Source: Arcobacter sp. (GTDB taxonomy: Bacteria > Campylobacterota > Campylobacteria > Campylobacterales > Arcobacteraceae). Taken from it: DNA of 13,988 nt. Made by a program: the position numbers and the translations under genes. The notes under the pieces are model-generated. The model worked only from the letters and a program-made list of their open reading frames with translations. It ran no database searches and was not told where the DNA came from. The DNA lies in assembly GCA_965662175.1 (NCBI GenBank), contig CBFIGT010000060.1, positions 1 through 13,988 on the forward strand. Reading direction: 5' to 3'. Positions 1 through 8,707 of the stretch are shown piece after piece (the first letter of the stretch is position 1; every line of letters begins with the position of its first letter).

Positions 1-294
1 ATTTATTCTTTCAATTCCAATAACTCCAGCAAGCCCATATCTTTTTAACCATTTTATAATTGCACTTGATGTTGGTATATTTTTAATATTTAAAGTTTGT
101 TTTAATGCTTTGTCAATTTTTATTTCACGAATATCATCAATCACTCTTCCTCCACTATGTAGCATTAATATTAAGGGATAGATAAATTCAAAAGGATTAT
201 ATCCTTTATGATTTAAGGGTAATGGTAAATTTGTATTACAAAGATCTTCTAATCCTAAACCTTTTATATATTCACCTAAAATAGTTTGTGTCAC
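1..294 (-). CDS. IS1380-family DDE transposase, N-terminal part; possibly defective (apparent short in-frame deletion near the N-terminus)
   Basis: Manual translation from GTG at 294: MTQTILGEYIKGLGLEDLCNTNLPLPLNHKGYNPFEFIYPLILMLHSGGRVIDDIREIKIDKALKQTLNIKNIPTSSAIIKWLKRYGLAGVIGIERIN..., open to base 1. The GY..P..F...L.LML..GG....D......D..L.......IP......WL.R pattern is typical of IS1380 transposase N-termini. Not in the ORF track. Confidence 0.8.
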   Translation of the reverse strand, partial: MTQTILGEYIKGLGLEDLCNTNLPLPLNHKGYNPFEFIYPLILMLHSGGRVIDDIREIKIDKALKQTLNIKNIPTSSAIIKWLKRYGLAGVIGIERIN

Positions 295-318
295 AATATA
301 ATGCTTTTATAGTACTGA

Positions 319-324
319 ATTATA
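319..324 (-). promoter_or_regulatory. Putative -10 box (TATAAT) for the transposase, within an imperfect hairpin (315-344) at the IS end
   Basis: ATTATA at 319-324 reads TATAAT on the minus strand, 25 nt upstream of the GTG. Hairpin arms are CTGAATTATAGGA (315-327) and TCCTATTCAG (335-344). Confidence 0.4.
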
Positions 325-417
325 GGATATTCTTTCCTATTCAGAATTGGTCAGGAGAAAATTATATAAATTTATATAGTTTCACTATTATCTCTTTTAT
401 TTATTATTATAAATAGT

Positions 418-447
418 TATAATAAACAAAAGAGATAGAATAAAAGG
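418..447 (+). promoter_or_regulatory. Putative -10 box (TATAAT 418-423) and RBS (AAAGG 443-447) of the CBS-PAS-GGDEF-EAL gene
   Basis: Consensus hexamer, and an SD sequence 7 nt before the GTG at 455. Confidence 0.5.
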
Positions 448-454
448 TATTATT

Positions 455-3400
455 GTGTATTTAAAAAATCTAGTAAAAAAAACAAATGATTTTGTTGACT
501 CTAATATATCAATAAAAGATGCATTAAATCAAATGCTTAGAGAAAAAATAAAGTATATTGTACTTCTTAAAGAAAAAATTCCCCTTGCAATACTAACTGA
601 GCGTGATATTATGTTTTTATATGCAAAAAATTATGATTTTAATAAACCTGCATTAGATATTGCTTCAAAAAATCTAATTACTTCATCTCCTGAAAGAAAT
701 ATAGAGTATATATTATCTCTTATGATTGACAATAATATAAGAAGAATTATCATATTAAACGATAATGATGAGTATATGGGTGTTGTAAGTCAAGAAGATG
801 TAATATTTTTATTAGAAGCTGATATATATAAATCTGATTTAAAAATCGAACAAATTTTACAAGAGTCAAATAGAGCAAAACATATAGATTCAAGTGCTAC
901 TTTACAAAATGCACTAGATGAAATGAAAAAATTCAATATTGGTTCTTTATTAATATATGAAAATAGTGTTGCAATTGGGATAATTACTGAAACTGATTTA
1001 TTAAAAGTAGCACAAAAAAATATTGATACTTCAAGTTGTATAAAAGATTATATGCATGCTCCAATTATCTATTTTGATCAAAATGAGTATGTTTTTAATA
1101 TGGTAAAAGAGTTTAAAGAGAAAAAAATAAGAAGAGCTGTTGTAAGTGATAAAAATGGAGATAATTTTGTTTTAACAACTAAAGATATAATGAATAATAT
1201 AAAAGGAAATTATGGAAGTTTTTTAGAATCAAAAGTAAAAGATGCAAAAGAGACTTTTAATAGATTAAATGATGCTGTTATTGAAGTTTTTGATGCGGAT
1301 GCAAATGAACAAATTATTCAATGGTGTAATTTAAAAGCTAAAAAAGATTTTAATATTAAAATAGGAGATGATGTTTCTAAAATAATAGGAAAAAATGTAT
1401 GGACTATTTTATACAACAAACAAAAAGAGAATAAAAAAGTAGAATCAGAGATTGTTGAATTAGAAGAAAAAACTTATAATGTAACGCTTTTTTGTTCTAA
1501 AATATTAGGAAACAGCGTTATAAAGCTTATTTTTTCTGATATTTCACATCTTATTACTGATAATAAACGTTTAAAACAAGAGTTATCAGATAGTTTTGAG
1601 CAACCTAGTATTGGAATTGCAAAGATAAGTGTTGATGGTAAAATACTAAAAGTAAATAATAGATTTTTAAGCCTTTTTGAGTATGAAGAGTATGAAGTTT
1701 TACTACATGATATGGAAGAGTTTATTTATAAAAAAGATATAAATATTGTTAAAAATAATTTATCAGAGCTTTTATTACATGAGGAAGAAATCTATAAATC
1801 ATTTGAAAAAAGAATTGTTACAAAAAATGGTTTAATAAAATGGATAAATGCAACAATAATAAAAAAATATGACAAAATAGAGAAAATAAACTACTTTGTA
1901 TTCTATTTTATGGATATTTCAGAGCATGTAGATATAGAAAATAAATGTATAAATTCAACTGAGAAGTTTAAAGTTTTATATGAAAATGCACCTTTACCAT
2001 ATCAATCTTTAGATGAAAATAGTGCTATTTTAGAAGTAAATAATAAATGGTTAGAAATGCTTGGCTATACAAAAGAAGAGGTTATTGGCAAAAAAATGAG
2101 TGATTTTGTTGATGAATCTGAAATGCTAAATTTAAAAGAGCATTTTCAATCATTTAAGAAAAATAAAGAGGTTAAAGATTTTGATTTAACTTTAAAACAT
2201 AAAAATGGAAAAAATATTTATGTTAGATTAGATGGAATAATTTCAAAAGTAGATGATGAGTTTAAAACACACTGTATTTTGCAAGATGTTACAGAAAAGA
2301 GAAGCTTAGAGGAAAAAATAAATCAAGCTTTAGTTGTTTTTGATAATACAAATGAGGGAATTATGGTTACAGACTCATTGAATAATATTGTATCAATAAA
2401 TAAATCTTTTTTAAAAATTACAAAATATACACTTGATGAAGTTATTGGTAAAAATCCAAATATACTAAAATCTGGAAAAGAAGATGAAAGTTTTTATAAA
2501 AACATGTGGGAAAGTCTTCTAAAAAAAGGGTATTGGAGTGGTGAAATCTTTAATCGTAAAAAAACAGGTGAAACCTATCCTGAATGGTTAAATATCTCTG
2601 TAATAAAAGATAAAAGAGGAAAAATAATAAATTATATTGGAATATTCTCTGATATTTCAAGAATTAAAGAATCAGAATCAATGATTAACTATTTATCTAA
2701 TAATGACTCTTTAACAGATTTACCAAATAGATTTTTACTTTTTGTTTTATTAAAAAGACTTATTGTAGATGCTTATAAGAGTTATTCTAATTTGTCAATT
2801 TTATCAATAAATATTGATGATTTAAAGTTAATAAACGATAGTTATGGGCATGTAGTAGGGGATAAAGTTATTCAAACAGTTGCCCAAAGATTGAAAAAAG
2901 TAGTAAAACATAAAGATATTTTAGCAAGAGTTTCAGGAGATGAGTTTGTTTTAGTTCTTGAACATGTAGGTGCTGAAAGAAATATTTTATCAATTCTTAC
3001 TAGAATAATCAAAAAGATAAAAGAAGATATGATTATTAATAATAATACTTTTAATATCTCTGTTTGTATTGGTGTTTCTATTTATCCAAATAATGGTTTA
3101 GATGCTGAATCATTGGTTAAACATGCAGAAACAGCGCTTCATAGTGCAAAAACATTAGGTAGTTCAAGATATGAATTTTATAATGAAAGTATGACCTCTG
3201 AAGTTTTAGATAAAATTAGATTGGAAAAAGAGGTTATTGATGGGGTTATTAATAATGAGTTTGAGGTATATTATCAACCTCAAATAGATTTAGCTAGTAA
3301 TAAAGTTATTGGTGCTGAAGCTTTAATAAGATGGAATCATAAAGAAAAAGGTATTTTAGGACCAAATGAATTTTTGCCATATTTAGAGTCATCAAATCAA

Positions 3401-3985
3401 ATTATAATATTAGGTGAAACTATTATAAATGAGGTTTGTTATTTCTTTAAAGAGTTAGATGATAAAAACATATTAAAAAATGGAAAAATTGCTGTAAATT
3501 TATCAGGTGTTCAAATAGTCAATTCAGATATTGTAGATATTACTAGAAAAGCTATTTATAATAGTGGTTTAAGTCCCTCTTGTTTAGAGTTTGAAGTTGT
3601 TGAGACCTTTATTATGGAGGATATGGAATCCTCTATAAAACTTTTTAATGACTTAAAAATGTTAGGAGTACAACTAGCAATTGATGATTTTGGAACAGGA
3701 TACTCATCTTTATACTACATAAAAAACTTTCCACTTGATAAGTTAAAAATTGATAAATCTTTTATTGATGGTATTCCAAATAGTAAAAAAGATAATGCAA
3801 TTACTAACACTATTATAGCATTAGGACAAGGACTTGATTTAACAGTTATTGCAGAGGGTGTTGAGAATCAAGATCAAGAAGATTATTTAAAAAAACATGG
3901 CTGTAATGAAGTTCAAGGATGGCTTCATTCTAAAGCACTACAAAAAGAGGCTTTTATAAGTTTTATTAAAGAAAATAATAAATAA
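455..3985 (+). CDS. Cytoplasmic CBS(x4)-PAS(x3-4)-GGDEF(degenerate)-EAL protein, probable c-di-GMP phosphodiesterase
   Basis: N-terminal CBS pairs (AILTERDI, GVVSQEDV, GIITETDL, VLTTKDI). PAS repeats (FEQPSIGIAKISVDGKILKVN, YENAPLPYQSLD..ILEVN, FDNTNEGIMVTD..IVSIN). GGDEF domain with SGDEF. EAL domain with EAL, VNLS, DDFGTGYSS, KIDKSF, EGVE and QG motifs. No obvious transmembrane segment. Confidence 0.93.
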   Translation: MYLKNLVKKTNDFVDSNISIKDALNQMLREKIKYIVLLKEKIPLAILTERDIMFLYAKNYDFNKPALDIASKNLITSSPERNIEYILSLMIDNNIRRIIILNDNDEYMGVVSQEDVIFLLEADIYKSDLKIEQILQESNRAKHIDSSATLQNALDEMKKFNIGSLLIYENSVAIGIITETDLLKVAQKNIDTSSCIKDYMHAPIIYFDQNEYVFNMVKEFKEKKIRRAVVSDKNGDNFVLTTKDIMNNIKGNYGSFLESKVKDAKETFNRLNDAVIEVFDADANEQIIQWCNLKAKKDFNIKIGDDVSKIIGKNVWTILYNKQKENKKVESEIVELEEKTYNVTLFCSKILGNSVIKLIFSDISHLITDNKRLKQELSDSFEQPSIGIAKISVDGKILKVNNRFLSLFEYEEYEVLLHDMEEFIYKKDINIVKNNLSELLLHEEEIYKSFEKRIVTKNGLIKWINATIIKKYDKIEKINYFVFYFMDISEHVDIENKCINSTEKFKVLYENAPLPYQSLDENSAILEVNNKWLEMLGYTKEEVIGKKMSDFVDESEMLNLKEHFQSFKKNKEVKDFDLTLKHKNGKNIYVRLDGIISKVDDEFKTHCILQDVTEKRSLEEKINQALVVFDNTNEGIMVTDSLNNIVSINKSFLKITKYTLDEVIGKNPNILKSGKEDESFYKNMWESLLKKGYWSGEIFNRKKTGETYPEWLNISVIKDKRGKIINYIGIFSDISRIKESESMINYLSNNDSLTDLPNRFLLFVLLKRLIVDAYKSYSNLSILSINIDDLKLINDSYGHVVGDKVIQTVAQRLKKVVKHKDILARVSGDEFVLVLEHVGAERNILSILTRIIKKIKEDMIINNNTFNISVCIGVSIYPNNGLDAESLVKHAETALHSAKTLGSSRYEFYNESMTSEVLDKIRLEKEVIDGVINNEFEVYYQPQIDLASNKVIGAEALIRWNHKEKGILGPNEFLPYLESSNQIIILGETIINEVCYFFKELDDKNILKNGKIAVNLSGVQIVNSDIVDITRKAIYNSGLSPSCLEFEVVETFIMEDMESSIKLFNDLKMLGVQLAIDDFGTGYSSLYYIKNFPLDKLKIDKSFIDGIPNSKKDNAITNTIIALGQGLDLTVIAEGVENQDQEDYLKKHGCNEVQGWLHSKALQKEAFISFIKENNK

Positions 3986-4045
3986 TAACTACTTTATTAT
4001 TTAATTTATTATTATAAATAATAATAAAACTTAAATAGCTTATCT

Positions 4046-4083
4046 TATAATATATCCTTAATTATAAGGATATATTATATTTA
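4046..4083 (+). terminator. Perfect 15-bp inverted repeat followed by TTTT; probable intrinsic terminator (or an operator)
   Basis: TATAATATATCCTTA (4046-4060), ATTA loop, TAAGGATATATTATA (4065-4079), then TTTT; 60 nt after the stop at 3985. Confidence 0.55.
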
Positions 4084-4189
4084 ATAACTTATAAAAAATA
4101 TTATTAAAATTATCTAATGTCATATAAATACAACTTTTTTACTAATTTTAAAATATATTAAATATCTAATAATATTGTATAAGTATTTG

Positions 4190-4198
4190 TGATATAAT
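4190..4198 (+). promoter_or_regulatory. Extended -10 promoter (TGATATAAT) of the response regulator gene
   Basis: Exact TGnTATAAT 50 nt upstream of the ATG at 4249. Confidence 0.6.
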
Positions 4199-4248
4199 AT
4201 TATTACAATTTAGTAACAACAATTTTAAAATAAAAAGAGAAGTTAATA

Positions 4249-4884
4249 ATGAAAGTCCTATTAGTAGAAGAAGATAAAAAACTCAATAATACTATTTGTG
4301 AGTATTTAACATGTAAAGATTTTAAAGTAGTATCAGCTTTTTTAGGTGAACCTTTATCTAAAGCAAAAGAGTTTGATGATTTTGATATATGTATTATAAG
4401 TAATAACTTATCTGATATAAGTGGATTAGATTTATTAAGAACTATAAAAGAGAAAAGTAAAGTTCCTGTTTTAATAATTAATTCAAGTGATAATATTTTG
4501 GAGCTTGAGAAAGCTTTTTATTATAATTGTGATGAATATATGAAAAAACCTTTTCATCTAAAAGAGTTAGAATTACGAATATATAGAGTTTTAGGTGTTT
4601 CTCATGTTGTAAATATTCATGATGATTTGATTTTTAATTTAAAAACTTTTAATTTATATTATAAAGATAGTTTAATAAGCTTAAGAAAAAAAGAGAAAGT
4701 TTTATTAAATATATTAGTTAAAAAAAGAGGAAAAGTTGTATCAAAAGATGAAATAGTAGATTATGTTTGGAAAAATATTACTTATGATGAATATCCTATT
4801 CGACAATTAATCAGCAATTTAAGGGATAAATTACCATTTGATATAATAAAAACTGAAATTGGACAAGGTTATAAAATATCTTAA
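4249..4884 (+). CDS. OmpR/PhoB-family DNA-binding response regulator with an atypical (Asp-less) receiver domain
   Basis: Receiver motifs MKVLLVEED, ..SGLDLL and DEYMKKPF...EL..RI. Winged-helix C-terminus (LRKKEKVLL..LV..RGKVVSKDEI...VW...ISNLRDKL...IKTEIGQGYKI). Ser51 sits at the phospho-acceptor position. Confidence 0.9.
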   Translation: MKVLLVEEDKKLNNTICEYLTCKDFKVVSAFLGEPLSKAKEFDDFDICIISNNLSDISGLDLLRTIKEKSKVPVLIINSSDNILELEKAFYYNCDEYMKKPFHLKELELRIYRVLGVSHVVNIHDDLIFNLKTFNLYYKDSLISLRKKEKVLLNILVKKRGKVVSKDEIVDYVWKNITYDEYPIRQLISNLRDKLPFDIIKTEIGQGYKIS

Positions 4885-6143
4885 TCTTTTATAACTGTTC
4901 CATCTTCAAGTAAAATTTTATCTCTTCCACTATCTTTTGCTTCATAAAGCAAAATATCTGCTTTTTGAATAGCATAGTCATAACTTTTATGGTCATTTCT
5001 CAAGACTACACCAGCTGAAAAAGTTACCTTTATCCTCTTTTCTTCAAGTAAAAAAGAGTTATCTTTAACAATACTTCTTACTCTTTTTAAATATTGTAAA
5101 ATTTCTCTTCTTAGTTTAAACTCAATAATAGCTACAAACTCTTCACCACCATATCTAGCAATAATATCTGTTTCTCTTGTTTGGCTTTTGAGTATTTTAG
5201 AAAAAGTAGATAAAACAGTATCACCTGCTTTATGTCCAAAAGTATCATTTATTTTTTTAAAGTGGTCTAAATCAAAAAATACAATTGCATATTGAAGATT
5301 ATCTCTTTGATAGTTTTTTTCTACTCTTTTAACTTCAACTTCATATGCTCTTCTTGATAAAAGTCCTGTTAAATGGTCTTCTACAGCCTCTTTTTTTGCT
5401 TCTTTTAGTTGAGTTTCCAAATGTTGGATTTTATCTTTTAGTTCACAAACTTGATTTTCACCACTTGATAAGTTTTTTCTAACTTCTTTCATTTCACTCT
5501 CAATTGTAGTAGCAGCTGTTATAAGTTTGTTTTGTAATGTTGAAAGCTCTTTAAAGTTTTCATGGCTTAAATCTAAAGAAACAAGTTCATCTTTTATTGT
5601 ACTTACATTATCATGAGAGTATTGATTGCTATTGATTGCATCTTTTAAATATCTTCCCATCAAAGTAACTAGTTTTGCTATATCTGTAGTTTTTTCTTTT
5701 AAAAGATTTTGATCTGTTTCAAATCTTTTTTCAAGAAATTTTTGCATCTCTTTTTGAATATCTTCCTCAAAAATTAGTTCAGGAGAATCACCAATTTTAA
5801 TAGAAAAGTTTGTAAGTTGTTCATTTAGATTAATATTAATTGATGGAGATAAAGCTTGTTTGATTATTGATGCTAAAGAGGATAGGTTTTTTGTATGAAC
5901 TCTTTTTAAAAGTAAAGATATAAGCTCTTCAAAAGTCTCTATATTATTTACTTTTATCTCATTTTGTTCTTCTATTGTCAGTTTTGAAACTAATTCTCTA
6001 AATAGTTCGCAGTTTTCAATTGTATTATTAAATTTTTTTGCAATAGTACAGAACTCTTTATGATACTCATTTGGAGTTGGCTTAACCCCTTTTTCTATCA
6101 AAGCCTTTAAAGTCTCTTTTGCGATTATTTCAATATTCGTCAA
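4881..6143 (-). CDS. Cytoplasmic coiled-coil diguanylate cyclase (GGEEF)
   Basis: DHLTGLLSRR, FDLDHFKKINDTFGHKAGD and RETD(I-site)-IIARYGGEEF, preceded by a long helical/coiled-coil region. TTG start with an AAGGA RBS at 6150-6154. Confidence 0.92.
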   Translation of the reverse strand: MTNIEIIAKETLKALIEKGVKPTPNEYHKEFCTIAKKFNNTIENCELFRELVSKLTIEEQNEIKVNNIETFEELISLLLKRVHTKNLSSLASIIKQALSPSININLNEQLTNFSIKIGDSPELIFEEDIQKEMQKFLEKRFETDQNLLKEKTTDIAKLVTLMGRYLKDAINSNQYSHDNVSTIKDELVSLDLSHENFKELSTLQNKLITAATTIESEMKEVRKNLSSGENQVCELKDKIQHLETQLKEAKKEAVEDHLTGLLSRRAYEVEVKRVEKNYQRDNLQYAIVFFDLDHFKKINDTFGHKAGDTVLSTFSKILKSQTRETDIIARYGGEEFVAIIEFKLRREILQYLKRVRSIVKDNSFLLEEKRIKVTFSAGVVLRNDHKSYDYAIQKADILLYEAKDSGRDKILLEDGTVIKD

Positions 6144-6158
6144 GCTATATCCTTATAA

Positions 6159-6602
6159 TTATGCTAAAAGTTTTTTAACCATTTCATTAATTCTTTTTCC
6201 ATCAGCAATTCCAGCAAATTTTTTAGTTGCATTTCCCATCACTTTTCCCATATCTTTTATAGAACTAGCTCCAACTTCAGATATTATCTCTTTCATACCA
6301 GCTTCTAACTCTTCATCGCTTAGTTGTTTTGGTAAATATTTTTTAAAAACTTCAACTTGTTCTAATTCAACAGCAACTAAATCATCTCTATTTGCCTCTT
6401 TATATTGTGTTGCTGCTTCTTCTCTTTGTTTGATTCCTCTTTGGATAAGTTTAATAACATCTTCATCATTTAACTCTTTTCTTTCATCCACTTCAATCTG
6501 TTTAATCATAGTATTTATTGCTCTAATTGAGTCTCTTTTTACTAATTCTTTTGCTCTCATTGCATCTTTTAAATCACTCTTTAATTGCTCTTTTAAGCTC
6601 AT
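6159..6602 (-). CDS. yqeY: GatB/YqeY domain-containing protein
   Basis: MSLKEQLKSDLKDAMRAKE...KQREEAA..Y....R.DL...E..Q...YLPKQLS.EEL...KDMGKVMG....ADGK signature; 147 aa; AAAGGA RBS at 6610-6615. Confidence 0.93.
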   Translation of the reverse strand: MSLKEQLKSDLKDAMRAKELVKRDSIRAINTMIKQIEVDERKELNDEDVIKLIQRGIKQREEAATQYKEANRDDLVAVELEQVEVFKKYLPKQLSDEELEAGMKEIISEVGASSIKDMGKVMGNATKKFAGIADGKRINEMVKKLLA

Positions 6603-6646
6603 TTATATATCCTTTAAAAATTTGTAAATTGTTGAATTATATCTAA

Positions 6647-8602
6647 TTATGCGTTAAAACTTTCAATTATTTCTTCAAGTTCAAGATATCTTTCTACCTT
6701 TGTTTCATAATTATTTTTTAGCTCTTCTAGCTCTTGTGAAACAGCTACTATACCTTTTTGCTCATAACAAGATGGGTCAGATAAACAAGCATTTAGCTCA
6801 TCAATTTGCACTTCTAGTTCTTCTAACTCTTGGGGTAAACTATCATACTCCCTTTGGTCTTTATAGCTTAGTTTAGTTTGCTTTTTAGGAGTAGCTTTTT
6901 TATTTTGATTATTTGTTTCATTGCTAACTTCTTTTTCAAAATTATTTAACTCTTTTATCTCTTTTTCTATCTCAAGATACTCAGTATAAGGTTGAAATGA
7001 TTCAAAAATTTGACCATTGTAACCTTTAAAAACAAATAGTTTTTTTGCAATTTTATCTACAAAATATCTATCATGTGATACAAAAATAAGAGCTCCTTGA
7101 AAGTTTTCTAAGTACTCTTCTAAGATATTGATTGTAGGAATATCCAAGTCATTTGTAGGCTCATCAAGTACCAAACAATCTACTTTTTTAGTAAAAAGTA
7201 GGGCTAGGGCAACCCTATTTTTTTCACCACCACTTAAAACACCAATTTTCTTATCTAAATACTCCCTTGGAAATAAAAAGTTTTTTAAATATCCATAAAC
7301 ATGAAGATTTCTTCCATCACTTAAAACAACTCTATCTCCACCACCTGGACAAAATGTTTCCATAAGATTTTTGCTATCATCTAGCATCTCTCTTTGTTGG
7401 TCAAAATAACCTATTTCAAAATCACCTTTTTTGAATTTTCCACCATCAACTTGAAGTTTATCCATAAATATTTTTAAAAGAGTTGATTTTCCAGTCCCAT
7501 TTGGTCCAACTATTGCAATAGTATCTTTTTGTAAAATTCTAGTGGTAAAATCTTTTATAAGAAGTTTATTTCCTAATGATTTTTCAATATCATCAAGCTC
7601 AAAAAGCATCTTTTTTTTGTTTTGTAGTTTTGTATCTTCGCTATTAAATGATTTTTGTTCTCTTTCAAGTTCCACACTCATTTTTTTGATAAGAGCAGGG
7701 TTGGATTTTGCTTTTTTCTTTAGTTCAAAATACTCTGATTTTCTTCTTTCATTTCTTTTTCTTCTAGCTGTTACACCATGTTGCATCCAGTGTGCTTCTC
7801 TTCTAACAGCTCGTATTAAATTATCATGCTCTTTTTGAAGATGTTCAAGCATAAGTTGTTTTTGCTCCAAATATGAAGAGTAACCACCTTTGAATTTTTT
7901 AATATCACCATTTTCAACTTCAATAATCTCAGTTGCAATATTATCAATAAAATATCTATCATGAGAGATAAATACAAGAGTAAAGTTGTTTCTTAAAAGT
8001 AACTCTTCTAAAAACTCAACCATATAAACATCAAGGTGATTCGTAGGCTCATCAAGTAATAAAATATCAGGTTTTTTAAGTAATAATCCAGCTAAACTAA
8101 CACGTCTTTGCTCCCCACCACTTAATAAGTTTACATCTTTATTTTCAAACTCTTTTAGTTTGAATTCGATTAAAACTCTTTCAATCATATTATCCAAATC
8201 CCAAGCATTGTGGAACTCTAAAAATGTTGCTAACTGACTTTGTCTATTTAATAAATCTTTATTTTCATAATCAGTAGTAAGTTTATTTGAAATCTCCTCA
8301 TACTCAGTCTTAGCACTTTTTAAATCTGTAAGTTGATGCTCAATGGCATCCCTTACTTTTAAATTATCTTCAAATTTTGGCTGTTGTGCTAACATCTCTA
8401 TTTTTACAGATTTGTCAATAGCCGTAATTCCGCTATCAGCTTCAACCTCTTTTGTAATGATTTTTAATAAAGTTGATTTTCCCTGTCCATTTTGTCCAAT
8501 AACAGCAACTCTTTGCCCTTGGATTAGTGTAAAGTTTACGTTTTTAAGTATTACTTTTGTGTCATATTGTTTTGAAATGTTTTGAAGGTCGATTAATGCC
8601 AT
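6647..8602 (-). CDS. uup: ABC-F family ATPase, Uup-like
   Basis: Two ABC cassettes (GQNGQGKST/LSGGEQRR/LLDEPTNHLD and GPNGTGKST/LSGGEKNR/LDEPTNDLD), no transmembrane domain. The linker GVTARRKRNERR and C-terminal KLSYKDQREYDSLP coiled coil are typical of Uup. Confidence 0.9.
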   Translation of the reverse strand: MALIDLQNISKQYDTKVILKNVNFTLIQGQRVAVIGQNGQGKSTLLKIITKEVEADSGITAIDKSVKIEMLAQQPKFEDNLKVRDAIEHQLTDLKSAKTEYEEISNKLTTDYENKDLLNRQSQLATFLEFHNAWDLDNMIERVLIEFKLKEFENKDVNLLSGGEQRRVSLAGLLLKKPDILLLDEPTNHLDVYMVEFLEELLLRNNFTLVFISHDRYFIDNIATEIIEVENGDIKKFKGGYSSYLEQKQLMLEHLQKEHDNLIRAVRREAHWMQHGVTARRKRNERRKSEYFELKKKAKSNPALIKKMSVELEREQKSFNSEDTKLQNKKKMLFELDDIEKSLGNKLLIKDFTTRILQKDTIAIVGPNGTGKSTLLKIFMDKLQVDGGKFKKGDFEIGYFDQQREMLDDSKNLMETFCPGGGDRVVLSDGRNLHVYGYLKNFLFPREYLDKKIGVLSGGEKNRVALALLFTKKVDCLVLDEPTNDLDIPTINILEEYLENFQGALIFVSHDRYFVDKIAKKLFVFKGYNGQIFESFQPYTEYLEIEKEIKELNNFEKEVSNETNNQNKKATPKKQTKLSYKDQREYDSLPQELEELEVQIDELNACLSDPSCYEQKGIVAVSQELEELKNNYETKVERYLELEEIIESFNA

Positions 8603-8698
8603 GTGTTGTTCTTATTTCCTATTTTAGGTCTTTATAATAAAATGTTTAGTTATATTTTTCATAAATTAAAACACTATTTCTATTTTGATAAAGTTAAG

Positions 8699-8707
8699 AT
8701 TATATCA
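8699..8707 (-). promoter_or_regulatory. Extended -10 promoter (TGATATAAT) for uup
   Basis: ATTATATCA at 8699-8707 on the plus strand, about 97 nt upstream of the uup ATG. Overlapped by the inverted repeat ATTTTGATA (8682-8690) / TATCAAAAT (8703-8711). Confidence 0.55.

Larger units (their letters stand above)
1..355 (-). mobile_element. IS1380-family insertion sequence, left part (runs off the window start)
   Basis: Transposase-like frame on the minus strand (1-294). A CCTGACCAATTCTGAATAGG terminus (355->336) lies about 60 nt upstream of it and resembles the CCTGA/CCTAG...ATTC starts of IS1380-family inverted repeats. The other end is not visible. Confidence 0.75.

Noticed and set aside
4005..4028. 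AT-only hairpin TTTATTATTA/TAATAATAAA after the EAL gene
   Set aside because: Low-complexity (TAA)n sequence with negligible stability; the 4046-4079 repeat is the better candidate.
6430..6627. 65-aa plus-strand ORF
   Set aside because: Antisense shadow of yqeY; Ser/Phe/Leu-rich composition typical of reverse frames; no motif.
7542..7838. 98-aa plus-strand ORF
   Set aside because: Lies wholly antisense inside uup; no recognisable features.
8343..8585. 80-aa plus-strand ORF
   Set aside because: Antisense shadow of the first ABC domain of uup.
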